Shown: positions 47,016-56,842 of the stretch, piece after piece
Position numbering within the stretch: the first letter of the stretch is position 1
Layout of the letters: every line of letters starts with the position of its first letter
From: a virus
Lineage: Duplodnaviria > Caudoviricetes
Direction: 5' to 3' (one strand)
Virus record (IMG/VR): IMGVR_UViG_3300034053_000018
Span: 1-62,801 of that record
DNA length: 62,801 bases
Translations under genes and position numbers: made by a program
Notes under the pieces: generated by a model
Databases searched by the model: none
The model's input: only the letters and a program-made list of their open reading frames with translations
Told to the model about the DNA's origin: nothing

Positions 47016-47441
47016 TTACTCAGTAATGACGTACTCAACCGTGACACGGACAGAACCAGCAGTAGGCTGACCTACCGAAGTGATCGTAGCGACCACCGTG
47101 GTATTTGTCGTGATGTTAGCCATAGCCAGAAGCTGCGCCGCCGAAAGCGTAGGAGCCTCACGCCCGTTGGACTTCACATCGACGCCAGACATGTAAGTCG
47201 TACCGCCCGAAGCCGTACCGACAGACAGCGTTGCCGAAGTTGCCGAATCGTATGCCGTCAGCGTGTCTGCGGTGATACGCAGAATCTGGCTGTTGGCGGG
47301 GAGAGTGAAGCTAATATCCTGCACCAAACCGGTCACGTTGGCGTTGATACCCGTTTGGGCGAACACCGCGTTCCCGTACTGAGTACCATACTTTGACGGA
47401 TTCGCTCCGGCTTGTACGGCTCCCTGAAAATAAGTTGCCAT
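47016..47441 (-). CDS. Capsid decoration-like protein
   Basis: TLPANSQI..ATLSVGT..TAGSVRVTVEY. Confidence 0.7.
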   Translation of the reverse strand: MATYFQGAVQAGANPSKYGTQYGNAVFAQTGINANVTGLVQDISFTLPANSQILRITADTLTAYDSATSATLSVGTASGGTTYMSGVDVKSNGREAPTLSAAQLLAMANITTNTTVVATITSVGQPTAGSVRVTVEYVITE

Positions 47442-47496
47442 GATTTGATTCTCCTATAGGTGTTCCCCTGCCGGGGTCGCAAGTCTTGCGAGGTCA

Positions 47497-48240
47497 TTAT
47501 ATAACACTATCGGGGGGAGTTGTGCAATAGTCTACGCGATCTAAATAAGCAGCCCCCAACCTAAGTCGATCCGCAGAATCCCCTGACTGACCGAGCATCG
47601 CGTTACAGGCATGACATAGAAGTCCACGAATCTTCCCTGTCTCGTGGCAGTGATCTACGGCTAAGTTTGACACTCTATTCAATCGTTTATCCACGCGGGT
47701 TTCTGGGTTACCGCAGATAGCACATACACCGTTCTGCTCCGACAGCATTTTGTTGTAGTCGACTATGGTGATCCTGTATTTCTTTCTCAGGTCGTAGTCC
47801 CTGTAGTAGTCAGGATTTGCCTCGCGTTTTTTGGCCGACCAATCCCGCATCTTATCCGCGTTGTCTCGCAACTTACCTTCGTTGGCAACTCTAATCGCCC
47901 ATCGGACATTCCCCGGCTCAAACAACCCGTTGGTATCTATGCGTTTAAGCGCGTATGCCCCGTCTGGTTTAACTCCAGCGGCTTTAACAAAGGTCGCAAA
48001 ATCCTTCCACTCGGGGCAAATCAGCCGCCCACCATCAGACTTCGTAATACTTCGCCACGCCTCATACAGCGGATGCTTAGATAGCAACACACCATCTATT
48101 GTCTTTTTACCTACCTCATCTGACGTAGTACCGTGCCGTTTTAGACGCTTGTAATGAGTTTCACATAGCCCTCTAGCCACTTGAGGTTTACCGCAACCAT
48201 GCACATCACACTTAGGTGCGGTTGGGAAATTGGTTGTCAT
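47497..48240 (-). CDS. Endonuclease VII-like free-standing homing endonuclease
   Basis: QNGVCAICG..LAVDHCHETGKIRGLLCHACNAMLG; N-terminal C..C..GLC.THY. Confidence 0.88.
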   Translation of the reverse strand: MTTNFPTAPKCDVHGCGKPQVARGLCETHYKRLKRHGTTSDEVGKKTIDGVLLSKHPLYEAWRSITKSDGGRLICPEWKDFATFVKAAGVKPDGAYALKRIDTNGLFEPGNVRWAIRVANEGKLRDNADKMRDWSAKKREANPDYYRDYDLRKKYRITIVDYNKMLSEQNGVCAICGNPETRVDKRLNRVSNLAVDHCHETGKIRGLLCHACNAMLGQSGDSADRLRLGAAYLDRVDYCTTPPDSVI

Positions 48241-48243
48241 AAA

Positions 48244-48300
48244 AATACCCCCTGTTTGTTAGACAGAGGGTATTCTGTGCTACATTGGACAGGTTGTCAA
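48244..48300 (-). promoter_or_regulatory. Promoter plus RBS-sequestering hairpin of the EndoVII gene
   Basis: TTGACA-17 bp-CAGAAT; AATACCCTCTGT..ACAGGGGGTATT just before the ATG. Confidence 0.7.
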
Positions 48301-48339
48301 GTGGTTTTCAACTTAACACCTTAGTCTGGACAGACTGTA

Positions 48340-49272
48340 CTACGTCGCAGGTGTCCCGTAAACAGCCCTCCAGTCAGTCCAGCCCGATCCGAAACGCATC
48401 GTGGACTTGTAGCGAACCGAGTCAGTCTCGAAGTCACCTTCCATAGCCTTCTCGGTCTTACGACGCCACAGAACCTTCATGCCTTCCGGCGTGTCGGTCT
48501 GTACCCACCAAGCGGTGGCGGAGGTCAGACGGGAGAGGACAGCGGTGTCGGACAACAGACCCAAAGACTTGACAGGGTTCAGGTCGTTGTTGTTCGTACC
48601 GGCACGGAGAACCGACTTGAGCAGCACTTCAGCAGTCAGCATGTTGCCCGGAGCAACGATGAGCTTCTTCGGCGTCAGGCTGATCTTCTTGCCACGCGGA
48701 TCTTCTGCTTGGCGAATCTGAATCAGCATCTGCTCCAGAGAAGTCTGGGACAGAGCAGCCGAGGTGGTCAGCAAGTTGGAGCGGGAAGCCGCACCAGCAG
48801 CACCACCGATAGCGTCGGTGTGCGCGTTGCTATTGAGGATGACACCGTCACCACCATTGTAGCCCGAAGTGAAGGCACGGTTGAAGTGGTTAGCCGTCAC
48901 CGTTTCCAGCGTCTCGATCATCGACTGAGCGAGGTGCTTGGCGTAGGTGGAGCCGAGACGAACGTGATCGCCGTCCTCAACCAGCACCTTGGTCAGCGCG
49001 AAGGCCAGACCATAGACGCTGTACGGGTAGCGTTTAACGAACAGTTGACCACCTTGGTCATACGAAACCGGCATACCGTCCGGAAGTTCCGGAGCGGAAC
49101 CGAAGCCGTAGAGCATCGGCTCTTCGTGGTAGCTACGGGCGATACCGTTGCTCTCAGCGAAGACTTGTTTGTATTCGTCTTTACGTTGGTCATAAACCCC
49201 GTCGTAGACTTGGTTTAGGATTGGTTCAACGACTGCGCGAAAATCAGTCGAGCGAAGGATAGTTCCAGCCAT
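48340..49272 (-). CDS. Major capsid protein (HK97 fold)
   Basis: EE..L.GFG.APE..DG..V.YD; GDGV.L..AH; PKKLIV; R..FGSGWTDWRAVYG. Confidence 0.88.
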   Translation of the reverse strand: MAGTILRSTDFRAVVEPILNQVYDGVYDQRKDEYKQVFAESNGIARSYHEEPMLYGFGSAPELPDGMPVSYDQGGQLFVKRYPYSVYGLAFALTKVLVEDGDHVRLGSTYAKHLAQSMIETLETVTANHFNRAFTSGYNGGDGVILNSNAHTDAIGGAAGAASRSNLLTTSAALSQTSLEQMLIQIRQAEDPRGKKISLTPKKLIVAPGNMLTAEVLLKSVLRAGTNNNDLNPVKSLGLLSDTAVLSRLTSATAWWVQTDTPEGMKVLWRRKTEKAMEGDFETDSVRYKSTMRFGSGWTDWRAVYGTPAT

Positions 49273-49296
49273 GATTTATCTCCTTTACTTGACTGA

Positions 49297-49893
49297 TTAA
49301 ACTACAGCGCCGTTAGGGGCGAACTGAAGCTGATTGATCTGAACGAGCAATTGGGGATACGGGTTGGTCGTAGCATTGTAGATTTCGTTATTAAGGAAAC
49401 CAATAATGCGAACACAAGCCGTTGCACCATTACCCACCTTGGCAGCAGTAACCGAATTGCCCGAAAGACCGGTACTGGTGTTGCCGGTTCCCGAGGCCAC
49501 ATCACACTGATCACCGATGGCGGTTTGATCGTAAGACGAGGCGTTAGCGGTGACACCAACCTTGAACACCGTAGCAGGGTCGTCATAGACATAAGCAACA
49601 ATCTGCGAACCTGAAAGAACCAGCGTGGAAGCAGGCCAATACGGGGACGAGACCGGCTTACCAGTCGGGTCGATATACTCACAACCAGCGAACACACCGA
49701 GGCAGGCGGACGAACCGTCGCTGATTTCGATAGTGCCGTTGTTGCCGGTGTCCAATTCAACCAAGTCACCTTTGTAGATGGAGGTGCCGTAACCTGTACC
49801 AGCGTTGTTCAGGATGTTGTAGCGATTTGCGCGGGATTGACCACTGGGGTGATAGTGGGGAATCATTCCATACGCTTGGGAGTTAGTACCCAT
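49297..49893 (-). CDS. Capsid decoration / cement protein
   Basis: IYKGDLV..GVFAGCEY.D..YVYDDP..F. Confidence 0.75.
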   Translation of the reverse strand: MGTNSQAYGMIPHYHPSGQSRANRYNILNNAGTGYGTSIYKGDLVELDTGNNGTIEISDGSSACLGVFAGCEYIDPTGKPVSSPYWPASTLVLSGSQIVAYVYDDPATVFKVGVTANASSYDQTAIGDQCDVASGTGNTSTGLSGNSVTAAKVGNGATACVRIIGFLNNEIYNATTNPYPQLLVQINQLQFAPNGAVV

Positions 49894-49905
49894 GATTGAT
49901 TTCCT

Positions 49906-50460
49906 TTAAGCGAATTGTGGAGAACGGGTCGCTGAACGACCCAAGTTGTTGAAGTCTCCCTCCACAGTAGCGAGGCGGCGTCCATTTGAATCGACTTCGT
50001 TACTGCTTGCGACACGTTCGTAGATGGCCTGTTCCTGCTCCAGAGGCATGTCATGATGGTAAATCGTCATGAGGTCTTGGTAGCGTTCCATAGGAATTTT
50101 GAACAGAAGCATCTCGTTGCAAGCAACGCAGCCTTCAAACTCACCAGCTTGTACTCGGTACTGACTGAACCCCGGAACCTCCGAAAGTTTCACGGGCGTA
50201 TATCCGATCTGCATACGCTTGTTGATGGGGTCGGTACTATTCGTAGTCGACACCCAGCAAAGGTGAAACCCCGGAATGGCGGGAGGGGTGGGGAGGACTT
50301 CTTGCACCCACTCTTGACGAAGCAAGCGGCGACGCTGCTCGGCTGAGAGGGTGGATCCGTCCTGTGTTACGCGATCTACATCCGCGTTATCTCGTGAGGC
50401 GCGAGCGGAAGCGCCGGAATCTTTCTTCAGACGCTCATCACCAAATTTGTCTTGACTCAT
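49906..50460 (-). CDS. Conserved head-module protein
   Basis: LPTPP..PG...WV..GY.PV..LLFKIP. Confidence 0.7.
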   Translation of the reverse strand: MSQDKFGDERLKKDSGASARASRDNADVDRVTQDGSTLSAEQRRRLLRQEWVQEVLPTPPAIPGFHLCWVSTTNSTDPINKRMQIGYTPVKLSEVPGFSQYRVQAGEFEGCVACNEMLLFKIPMERYQDLMTIYHHDMPLEQEQAIYERVASSNEVDSNGRRLATVEGDFNNLGRSATRSPQFA

Positions 50461-51416
50461 GCTCGCTGCTCCTTATCGTAAGATTGAAAACGCTTGATTG
50501 CATCTGCCCGTGCCTTGGGGTCATCCCAGATTCCTGCGTCTTTCAACGCTGAAACCCGTTCAGGCGAGAGCTTGTAAGAACCTTGGGAATTGCTGGAACT
50601 CGACTCTCGTCCGGATCCGGACACAGGTGGAGGGTTGCGTTTTCCACCATTACTCTGCGACATACTACCACGGGATGCGCGGTGAGGCAAGCGTTTTTCA
50701 ACCCTCTTACCAAGTTCCTCCCAGTACTCCGGGGTCGTCGGATCCCAACCCTCGTTGGCAAGACGCTTGTCGATGATGAGCGCGATTTCGCTGTCCTCAT
50801 CCTTACCGTCGGGGTTGTACCAAGTATTCTTGGACATCCAGTCTTGAGCGTGGTTAGCCAAGCGGGGGTCGAGCGGTTGGGGCGCTGCCTGCCGATTGCT
50901 CATGGCGCGCTTGATATTGGACACCTGTTCCGCCCGTTGGCGAGCCAGATTCATCTTCTCGGCAGCATCCGTCGCCATCGCACCGTTGGCTTGCTCAACC
51001 GCCTGCGAGTGGATGTTCTTGAAGTAGTTGTAAGCCTGAACAGCGTCCTGCTCCGCCTTCTCCAACTGCGCCATCTCGGAACCGGACGACTTGCGCTCGA
51101 CCACCGCGACACGTTGATTCAACTCGTTGATGATCCGGTCACGCGCAGCCAACTCGCGGCGAAGCGTCTCCAGCTTCTCGCGACGATGTTCTTTCGCTGC
51201 CTGACGACTTTGACGATTCCGCTCAGTCTTGGCGGCACGTTCTGCGTCCGAGTCGCTTGCGGAAATCTGCTCGTCGCCGTCAGGGGCGTCGTCAGATCCG
51301 GCAGTTAGTCGTTCGTCCTCGCCGTCGTCGTCCTGCTCAACTTGCGGCTCATCACCGATGACGGCAGAGCCATCAGCCTGCTCGTTGACCTTTAGGTCTT
51401 CGTTTTCTTCAGCCAT
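50457..51416 (-). CDS. Scaffold-like coiled-coil protein
   Basis: Acidic N-terminus, coiled coil, W.SKN.WY, EYWEEL; upstream of the major capsid gene. Confidence 0.75.
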   Translation of the reverse strand: MAEENEDLKVNEQADGSAVIGDEPQVEQDDDGEDERLTAGSDDAPDGDEQISASDSDAERAAKTERNRQSRQAAKEHRREKLETLRRELAARDRIINELNQRVAVVERKSSGSEMAQLEKAEQDAVQAYNYFKNIHSQAVEQANGAMATDAAEKMNLARQRAEQVSNIKRAMSNRQAAPQPLDPRLANHAQDWMSKNTWYNPDGKDEDSEIALIIDKRLANEGWDPTTPEYWEELGKRVEKRLPHRASRGSMSQSNGGKRNPPPVSGSGRESSSSNSQGSYKLSPERVSALKDAGIWDDPKARADAIKRFQSYDKEQRA

Positions 51417-51426
51417 TATCTATCCT

Positions 51427-51834
51427 TTATAGAATGCGGTCGAAAGATTCAAAGTGGTCAGTGATGACCATCTTGATGTCGTAGTCGTTGATGATGGCGA
51501 ATATCGCTTCATCTTCGGTGTCTGGTACGGGTATTTCAAAGCGGAAGCCACCGTAACGAGGGGCGAGAACAATATCGCCCACGTTAGCCCAAGCACCCTC
51601 TTTCCACGTTTCACCGGAAGTCCGGTCGTGGTAAGCAATCTTCCCCGCACTGACGACTCGCGCCACTTGGGTATTGCCTTGGTTGAACTCCTTGGTTTCC
51701 TGAACCAAGACGATGCTTCCAACCTTCTTCGGCACCGTCCGCAACTGGATCATGATCTGGTTGCCGGTAGGGAAAGCACCCGGATCAACCTGCGGAAAAT
51801 GCCGATCAATGTACTGCTCTTTGGTAAGTCCCAT
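51427..51834 (-). CDS. GroES-like co-chaperonin
   Basis: PTGNQIMI..GSIVL..ARVVSAG..W..VGDIV..RYGG..INDYDI. Confidence 0.82.
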   Translation of the reverse strand: MGLTKEQYIDRHFPQVDPGAFPTGNQIMIQLRTVPKKVGSIVLVQETKEFNQGNTQVARVVSAGKIAYHDRTSGETWKEGAWANVGDIVLAPRYGGFRFEIPVPDTEDEAIFAIINDYDIKMVITDHFESFDRIL

Positions 51835-51874
51835 CTATATGCTCCTTGCATAAAAGGGTGGATCTCGGCTCCAC

Positions 51875-52072
51875 CTATAGCCGTGCTTCGGTTTCCTCAG
51901 TGTCTTTCAATACGGCATCCACAATCTGGAGAGCGCGTTGCAACCCGCGCCACTCGCCAATTTGGACACCGTGATCGAAGGGTTGATCCTTCGGAAATTG
52001 CATGGATGCTTCCGCGTGCGACATCATTTCCTGTCGCAGTTGGATCAACACTTTGTGCGTTGTAGCATCCAT
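51875..52072 (-). CDS. Hypothetical protein
   Basis: 65 aa; G...GL..AL motif. Confidence 0.65.
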   Translation of the reverse strand: MDATTHKVLIQLRQEMMSHAEASMQFPKDQPFDHGVQIGEWRGLQRALQIVDAVLKDTEETEARL

Positions 52073-52173
52073 TACTTGACCTTCTTGCCGGTCAGAGGGT
52101 CATACTTCTTGACCTTATGCTTGGTCTTTACAGCAATCGGTTTCGGTGCCGGAGGCTGCGGAGTAGGGGTCAT
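52072..52173 (-). CDS. Small basic protein (33 aa)
   Basis: Hand-read MTPTPQPPAPKPIAVKTKHKVKKYDPLTGKKVK; overlaps on both sides. Confidence 0.5.
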   Translation of the reverse strand: MTPTPQPPAPKPIAVKTKHKVKKYDPLTGKKVK

Positions 52174-52343
52174 TTCTTACCCACTTTTCCGCCACACTTC
52201 TTGCCGGTCAGAGCTTCTTTCTTGACAGCCTTCTTGATCAGCGCACGATCCATTTTCTCGTCGGAATGGACGGCACCACCCTTGGCGTACATCTTGAATC
52301 CCGGCTGGGAACAGTTCGACTTGACTTTGGCTAGATTCGACAT
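52170..52343 (-). CDS. Small basic protein with YAKGG motif (57 aa)
   Basis: Hand-read MSNLAK..MYAKGGAVH..KKCGGKVGKK; AAGGAG RBS. Confidence 0.6.
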   Translation of the reverse strand: MSNLAKVKSNCSQPGFKMYAKGGAVHSDEKMDRALIKKAVKKEALTGKKCGGKVGKK

Positions 52344-52348
52344 TTCAA

Positions 52349-52579
52349 CTACTCCTTTTTGGTGGATTTGGCCTTGGGGCGATTTACCAGCTTCACTTCA
52401 AGTTCAACAGGTGCAGGTGCGACATCCGGTACAGGTGTGTCATCCACCGGAGCAACTGAGACGCATTCGCCGTCGGGCATACCCCGACCTTTACCGTAGA
52501 AATTGACAAACTGTTGGATAGTCCCACTGAAGGTAATATCCTTAACCGTACCTCGGGTGCTGGTTACTCTGAACTTCAT
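52349..52579 (-). CDS. Hypothetical protein
   Basis: GAGGAG RBS. Confidence 0.65.
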   Translation of the reverse strand: MKFRVTSTRGTVKDITFSGTIQQFVNFYGKGRGMPDGECVSVAPVDDTPVPDVAPAPVELEVKLVNRPKAKSTKKE

Positions 52580-52589
52580 ATGGAACTCC

Positions 52590-53030
52590 TCACGCTGCCA
52601 TCAGTAAAAATGCGGCAGCGCGGCGGCGAGTACGCTGACGACGTTTGTTGCGGTGATAGTCTAAGTCTATTACATTTGTCTGTTCAATTATAGCGTTGAA
52701 TACCCAAGGTGGGAGTTCTGCCAACTGATCATACGCAGTAGGACTTGCCACGACAGGGTTGAGTTTGAGCGGAGGCAGCTTCGGCTCCTCGATTCGCTCG
52801 ACAATCTTTTTGCGTTTAGTCTTGACGACAGGCACTGTCTCTGCGACAACCTCAACCGGTTTGTCCTGTTTCTTGACTTTCTTGCCTGTATTCTCCTCGT
52901 ACTGCTTGAGGGCTTCTTCCTGCATCTGGTAGAAGAACAGACGCCAGTAGCCAGAGCGAGCGGCACCGTGCAGGTACGCGGAGTTGAAGTACTGTGCCTT
53001 GAGGTAGTTCTGCCCGAAAAACTGACTCAT
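52590..53030 (-). CDS. Hypothetical protein
   Basis: 146-aa ORF in the operon. Confidence 0.65.
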   Translation of the reverse strand: MSQFFGQNYLKAQYFNSAYLHGAARSGYWRLFFYQMQEEALKQYEENTGKKVKKQDKPVEVVAETVPVVKTKRKKIVERIEEPKLPPLKLNPVVASPTAYDQLAELPPWVFNAIIEQTNVIDLDYHRNKRRQRTRRRAAAFLLMAA

Positions 53031-53461
53031 GTTGCATCCAGAGTGATCGCAGTACGATTGCCTGACGAATCCACCGTCGCCGTCACCCGATCCTTCGTGT
53101 CAGCCAGATCGCGGAAGATTTCGGTTCCACTTCCCGCTCCACTCACCTTGCCTAGCAGAATGGCGTTCTGGAGGCGGATGGATTCAGCGAGGGTAGTGGT
53201 GCCGTCTACTACAGATGCGAGGACGCCTCCTGCTGTATCAGAAATAGCTTCGTGTGCATATGTCACCGGAGACCGCCCATTATCCCAACGCAAGACAGCC
53301 GCGTTCGCGTCAAGCGTGATGTCAGCGGAGTACATCCCACTCCCCATATCGGTTGTCTGCTGCCGAATGGTGAGTGGGGTTCCAGACGAGTCAAGTTGCA
53401 CTACGCCGACAAGCGGGTTGCCAGCAGCAGCCGACCCAAAGTCAGCGTAGTAGACCGTCAT
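53027..53461 (-). CDS. Virion structural protein
   Basis: C-terminal FRDLADTKDRVTATVDSSGNRT motif. Confidence 0.65.
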   Translation of the reverse strand: MTVYYADFGSAAAGNPLVGVVQLDSSGTPLTIRQQTTDMGSGMYSADITLDANAAVLRWDNGRSPVTYAHEAISDTAGGVLASVVDGTTTLAESIRLQNAILLGKVSGAGSGTEIFRDLADTKDRVTATVDSSGNRTAITLDAT

Positions 53462-54129
53462 TACAGAGGAACTTCATTCCACAGTAAACGTGACGCAACC
53501 GAGAACGTCGTTGAAGACGTTGTGTTGAGCAACGCCAGAACACCGCCGGGAGGAACGATCAGCGAACCGTCGAAGTTCTGCACACCACCAGCGGAGGGGA
53601 TCATCGCCGTACTGGCAATCGTGGTGTAAGTCAGTCCTGTCAACGTGGAGAAATCCGCAGCCTCTTGGATGACAAGGTTATTCGATAAGCCCGTCAGTGC
53701 AACAGACGGCGTGAAAAACTTAGCCCGTGCAGAGCCAGTAATCAGCGTCCTGCGGTTCAGCGGGGCAGAACCCGTACTGATAGCCGTGTTGCCTGTGGAC
53801 ACCGCCCAGACCAACGAGCCCGGAGCCGCACCTGATGTCAGGTTGTTGGCGTACATCTGCAATGAGGCTTGCAGGATGACCAAGTTACGATCACTGGTTG
53901 CTGGATTCCAGACACCGATAATCGGCGTCGTTGTTGCCGTCAGGGTGATGGTGTTGGCGGAAAGCGCCAAGACGGTAGAGCCCCCCGAATAGAGTTCTCC
54001 CTCATTGGCAAGTTCATAGAACCGACCAGCGCCATCTGCGGTGATAGTTTGCCCAAACAGCCCCATACGGACTTCTGATTGTGCGCCATTGGAAAGAAAC
54101 CGGCGACCCACTTTACCTTCAGCTAACAT
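53461..54129 (-). CDS. Virion structural protein
   Basis: Beta-rich; NP..S..NLVI; GSLIVPPGG. Confidence 0.65.
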   Translation of the reverse strand: MLAEGKVGRRFLSNGAQSEVRMGLFGQTITADGAGRFYELANEGELYSGGSTVLALSANTITLTATTTPIIGVWNPATSDRNLVILQASLQMYANNLTSGAAPGSLVWAVSTGNTAISTGSAPLNRRTLITGSARAKFFTPSVALTGLSNNLVIQEAADFSTLTGLTYTTIASTAMIPSAGGVQNFDGSLIVPPGGVLALLNTTSSTTFSVASRLLWNEVPL

Positions 54130-54142
54130 GATTTACTCCTTT

Positions 54143-55114
54143 TTAACGAAATTCAAAACCCCGATTGGGGTCTAGTTGCTGCATGTATGCAGCTTCCTGT
54201 AACAACAAGGCACGTTCTTGCAACTGCCGCAGTTCTGTAAGGTTCACCCGCAAGTTTCCGTAGTTATCTGCTTGCAGTGCCGCTGGTTGATCGACGTTGT
54301 ATAACTGCGGTTCCCGCCGAGCCATTGCGGTCGCTACTGGATTGCCGTAGTACGGGATATTGGTTGATCCTGTGGCGCTGTTGGTGCTACTTTGCCGCCT
54401 AGCGGTGAAAGTGCTGTCCTGTGCGAAAGGCCGCATCACCTTCGAAGAATCTAACCCACTGACAACAACGGCGTGTGCATTCGAAGTCGTTCCAACATTA
54501 GCGGTATCTGTTAGCTGCGCGTCCGAAAGAACTACAGCCATGTTATTTACTCTTGGGGCTTTTGACAGCGCCAAGTAGAATTTATATCTGCCAGCGGTGG
54601 TATGTGTGGCAACAACTCGGATATGCGAACAGGGCGGTAAAGAAACATTGAAAGGCGAAGTAGCATAGCTCCGGGTTGTATTCGAGTTCCCGATAGCTAC
54701 CCCAGTTCCCTCTAATCGCCCATACACCTCTTGCCAATTAAGACCGTTATCTAACGACACCTGAATGCCAATACCGGAAGCCATTGTCGTTGTGCAATAT
54801 GCTGTTGCTGTCGCCCACCCATCCGTCGCAGGCACACTAATCGGGTACGCAGCGACGTTGGCAACAAGCGTGAAGTCGGTCTGCAAAATGACGGTATCCC
54901 CAAACGCGACTTTTGCCTCTCCGAGTGCCGTCGCCGCCTGATCGGCAGTCTGCCCCTTTGGTGTTCTGATCTGATTGAGTACCCGCCACGGCAACGAATC
55001 GTCTTGTGCGACGACAAGGGGGCCATCGCCCAAATCCTGCGTGATCTGGACTTTCCCGGTGACATCGACCGGAGTCGAATCGGTGCTTGGCGTTAATACG
55101 GGTCTAGCAGTCAT
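54143..55114 (-). CDS. Virion structural protein
   Basis: 323 aa; IQVSLDNGLNW..IRV. Confidence 0.6.
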   Translation of the reverse strand: MTARPVLTPSTDSTPVDVTGKVQITQDLGDGPLVVAQDDSLPWRVLNQIRTPKGQTADQAATALGEAKVAFGDTVILQTDFTLVANVAAYPISVPATDGWATATAYCTTTMASGIGIQVSLDNGLNWQEVYGRLEGTGVAIGNSNTTRSYATSPFNVSLPPCSHIRVVATHTTAGRYKFYLALSKAPRVNNMAVVLSDAQLTDTANVGTTSNAHAVVVSGLDSSKVMRPFAQDSTFTARRQSSTNSATGSTNIPYYGNPVATAMARREPQLYNVDQPAALQADNYGNLRVNLTELRQLQERALLLQEAAYMQQLDPNRGFEFR

Positions 55115-55629
55115 TTGCTCATCCGATCAATCAGATTCGTCTTGTCGCGTGATCCTTGGGAGCTTCCGAAAAAGTAGTTGACGACACTTCCCCATGCCGT
55201 AGCGAGTGCACCGAGCATGATGAGTAGAGCTTCGCTGGGCTTGATAGAGGCATCAGACAGCATCCACCCAAGAATCCCGAAGAAGCCACCAGTGATAAGA
55301 AACGCCAAGGCACCCGGAACCCATGACCGAGTGGCGATCTGCATATCACGCGCTGATTTTGTATTCTCAACGTCCAGTTCGTCACGCTTCACCCCCAGTT
55401 CTTCGAGCTTCAGTGCGAGTGCCTGTTCGGCGGTTTTGACGGCTACCAACTGCTCGCCGGTAAGCTGCTGACTCTGGAAAGCCTGTGCGATCTTCTCTTG
55501 CGTCGGCTCGTCAATACTGAGTGCGTCACCGAGGGCTTTGACTGCCATACCCGCGAATGGGCCAGCAAGCAGCGCCGCAGCGGTTGGGGCCAGCTTCTTC
55601 AGCGTGCCTTTCCAATCGAAGTCACTCAT
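55111..55629 (-). CDS. Holin-like membrane protein (3TM type)
   Basis: APT.A.LL.GP..G; SARDMQ; two C-terminal TM helices; VVNYFFGSS. Confidence 0.75.
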   Translation of the reverse strand: MSDFDWKGTLKKLAPTAAALLAGPFAGMAVKALGDALSIDEPTQEKIAQAFQSQQLTGEQLVAVKTAEQALALKLEELGVKRDELDVENTKSARDMQIATRSWVPGALAFLITGGFFGILGWMLSDASIKPSEALLIMLGALATAWGSVVNYFFGSSQGSRDKTNLIDRMSK

Positions 55630-55723
55630 CGTCATCTCCGTATTCTTTTGCCGCGAACGTCACGACCAGCGCGATGCAGCCGAGCATGGTCGTTACAAAG
55701 CCGATAAAGAGTAGGTCGGTCAT
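55622..55723 (-). CDS. Small membrane peptide (33 aa)
   Basis: Hand-read MTDLLFIGFVTTMLGCIALVVTFAAKEYGDDDE. Confidence 0.45.
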   Translation of the reverse strand: MTDLLFIGFVTTMLGCIALVVTFAAKEYGDDDE

Positions 55724-55932
55724 AGCAGTCTCATCGTGAGGAAGTGTCGCCAATCGCGCTTACCGGGCCAAGGGGCATCTGTCCGGAGGCGCAAGGTCTG
55801 GATGTGGTGGCGCAGGAGGGTGACACCTCGACGCTTGCTCTGGCACTTCTCCGCTTCGCGATGAGAGGCGGTGGGGAACCAACCCTGATCCTGACTGCTG
55901 ATTCGAGTAGAGGCGTGAGGGGTCATAGTCAT
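55720..55932 (-). CDS. Hypothetical protein
   Basis: 70-aa ORF fills the gap in the operon. Confidence 0.4.
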   Translation of the reverse strand: MTMTPHASTRISSQDQGWFPTASHREAEKCQSKRRGVTLLRHHIQTLRLRTDAPWPGKRDWRHFLTMRLL

Positions 55933-55935
55933 GAT

Positions 55936-56247
55936 TTACTGTGCCACCTGAAAGCGACGCTCTGCCAGCAAATAACCTTCAAGCGCCCACAGCTTCGCAA
56001 AGGCATCCTTGAAGGCTAAGTTCTGCCCGATTTCGAGATTGAAATTGCGAGCATCGACACATGCCGATTCACCGCGAACGCTGTACCCGTTTTCAAGCAC
56101 AACGTTGCAGATTGTTGTCGTGCTATTTGGCAGAACAATGTAATCCGTTTTGGTGATTCGTTTCTCAATACCATCCTTCGTTACCTTCTCAGCCGGACGT
56201 GCAGCAATCGCTGCGTCTAGTTGGTCTTGCGTCATTGTCATACTCAT
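55936..56247 (-). CDS. Phage gp49/gp66-family protein
   Basis: TICNVVLENGYSVRGESACVD..NFN.EIG..A..KLWALEGYLL. Confidence 0.85.
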   Translation of the reverse strand: MSMTMTQDQLDAAIAARPAEKVTKDGIEKRITKTDYIVLPNSTTTICNVVLENGYSVRGESACVDARNFNLEIGQNLAFKDAFAKLWALEGYLLAERRFQVAQ

Positions 56248-56297
56248 GATGTGCTCCTAGATTGCGCAGAAATAGATCGCGTTTCTGCTTCGCGTTT

Positions 56298-56453
56298 TCA
56301 TGACGGTAGCCGCCCTTCTTCAAACTCTTCGCGGCGATCCATTGAGTTGTGAATCACGATGTCATCCTCCTCATCGACAGTCGGATTGCACCAACAGGTG
56401 TCGGTCATCTCGTGCGGCTTGATGTCTTCGCAGGGGTAGATGTGCTGTTTCAC
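56298..56453 (-). CDS. Small His/Cys protein
   Basis: H.YP..D..PH..CWCNP..IHNSMDRRE. Confidence 0.6.
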   Translation of the reverse strand: MKQHIYPCEDIKPHEMTDTCWCNPTVDEEDDIVIHNSMDRREEFEEGRLPS

Positions 56454-56842
56454 GGGTATTCCTTCCAAGGAAGTTGGAAGTGAGGGCCGTCGAGAAACGT
56501 CTTCCAATCGCCGCCCCATTCAATCGGCACCCCAACTGCCTTAGCAGCTTGCTTGACCACCGCCGCGAGTTCCTTGTACTTCTTGAAGTCCCACGTTACA
56601 TCGCTACCATTCATCACCGCCAGATCAACCGCGCAGGGCATCTTGCAGGCATTTGACTCAGGCACATGACGGGATCGCATGGTCTTCGACTTCTTGGTGT
56701 CGAACAGGTATTGCTGCCGTTCGATGCTGCGCTTGCCTTCCGTGACTATGAATTCTCCGGGGTATAGCGAGTCAGCATGAAGGATCACCTTCTGCAAATC
56801 AGGATGAACCTCTTGGAGTCGGTTGAGGCAGCGGGGAGTCAC
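56450..56842 (-). CDS. Endolysin, M15 family peptidase
   Basis: VHPDL..EG.R..RQ..SKT..SRH..AVDL..WGGDW..DGPHFQL. Confidence 0.9.
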   Translation of the reverse strand: MTPRCLNRLQEVHPDLQKVILHADSLYPGEFIVTEGKRSIERQQYLFDTKKSKTMRSRHVPESNACKMPCAVDLAVMNGSDVTWDFKKYKELAAVVKQAAKAVGVPIEWGGDWKTFLDGPHFQLPWKEYP

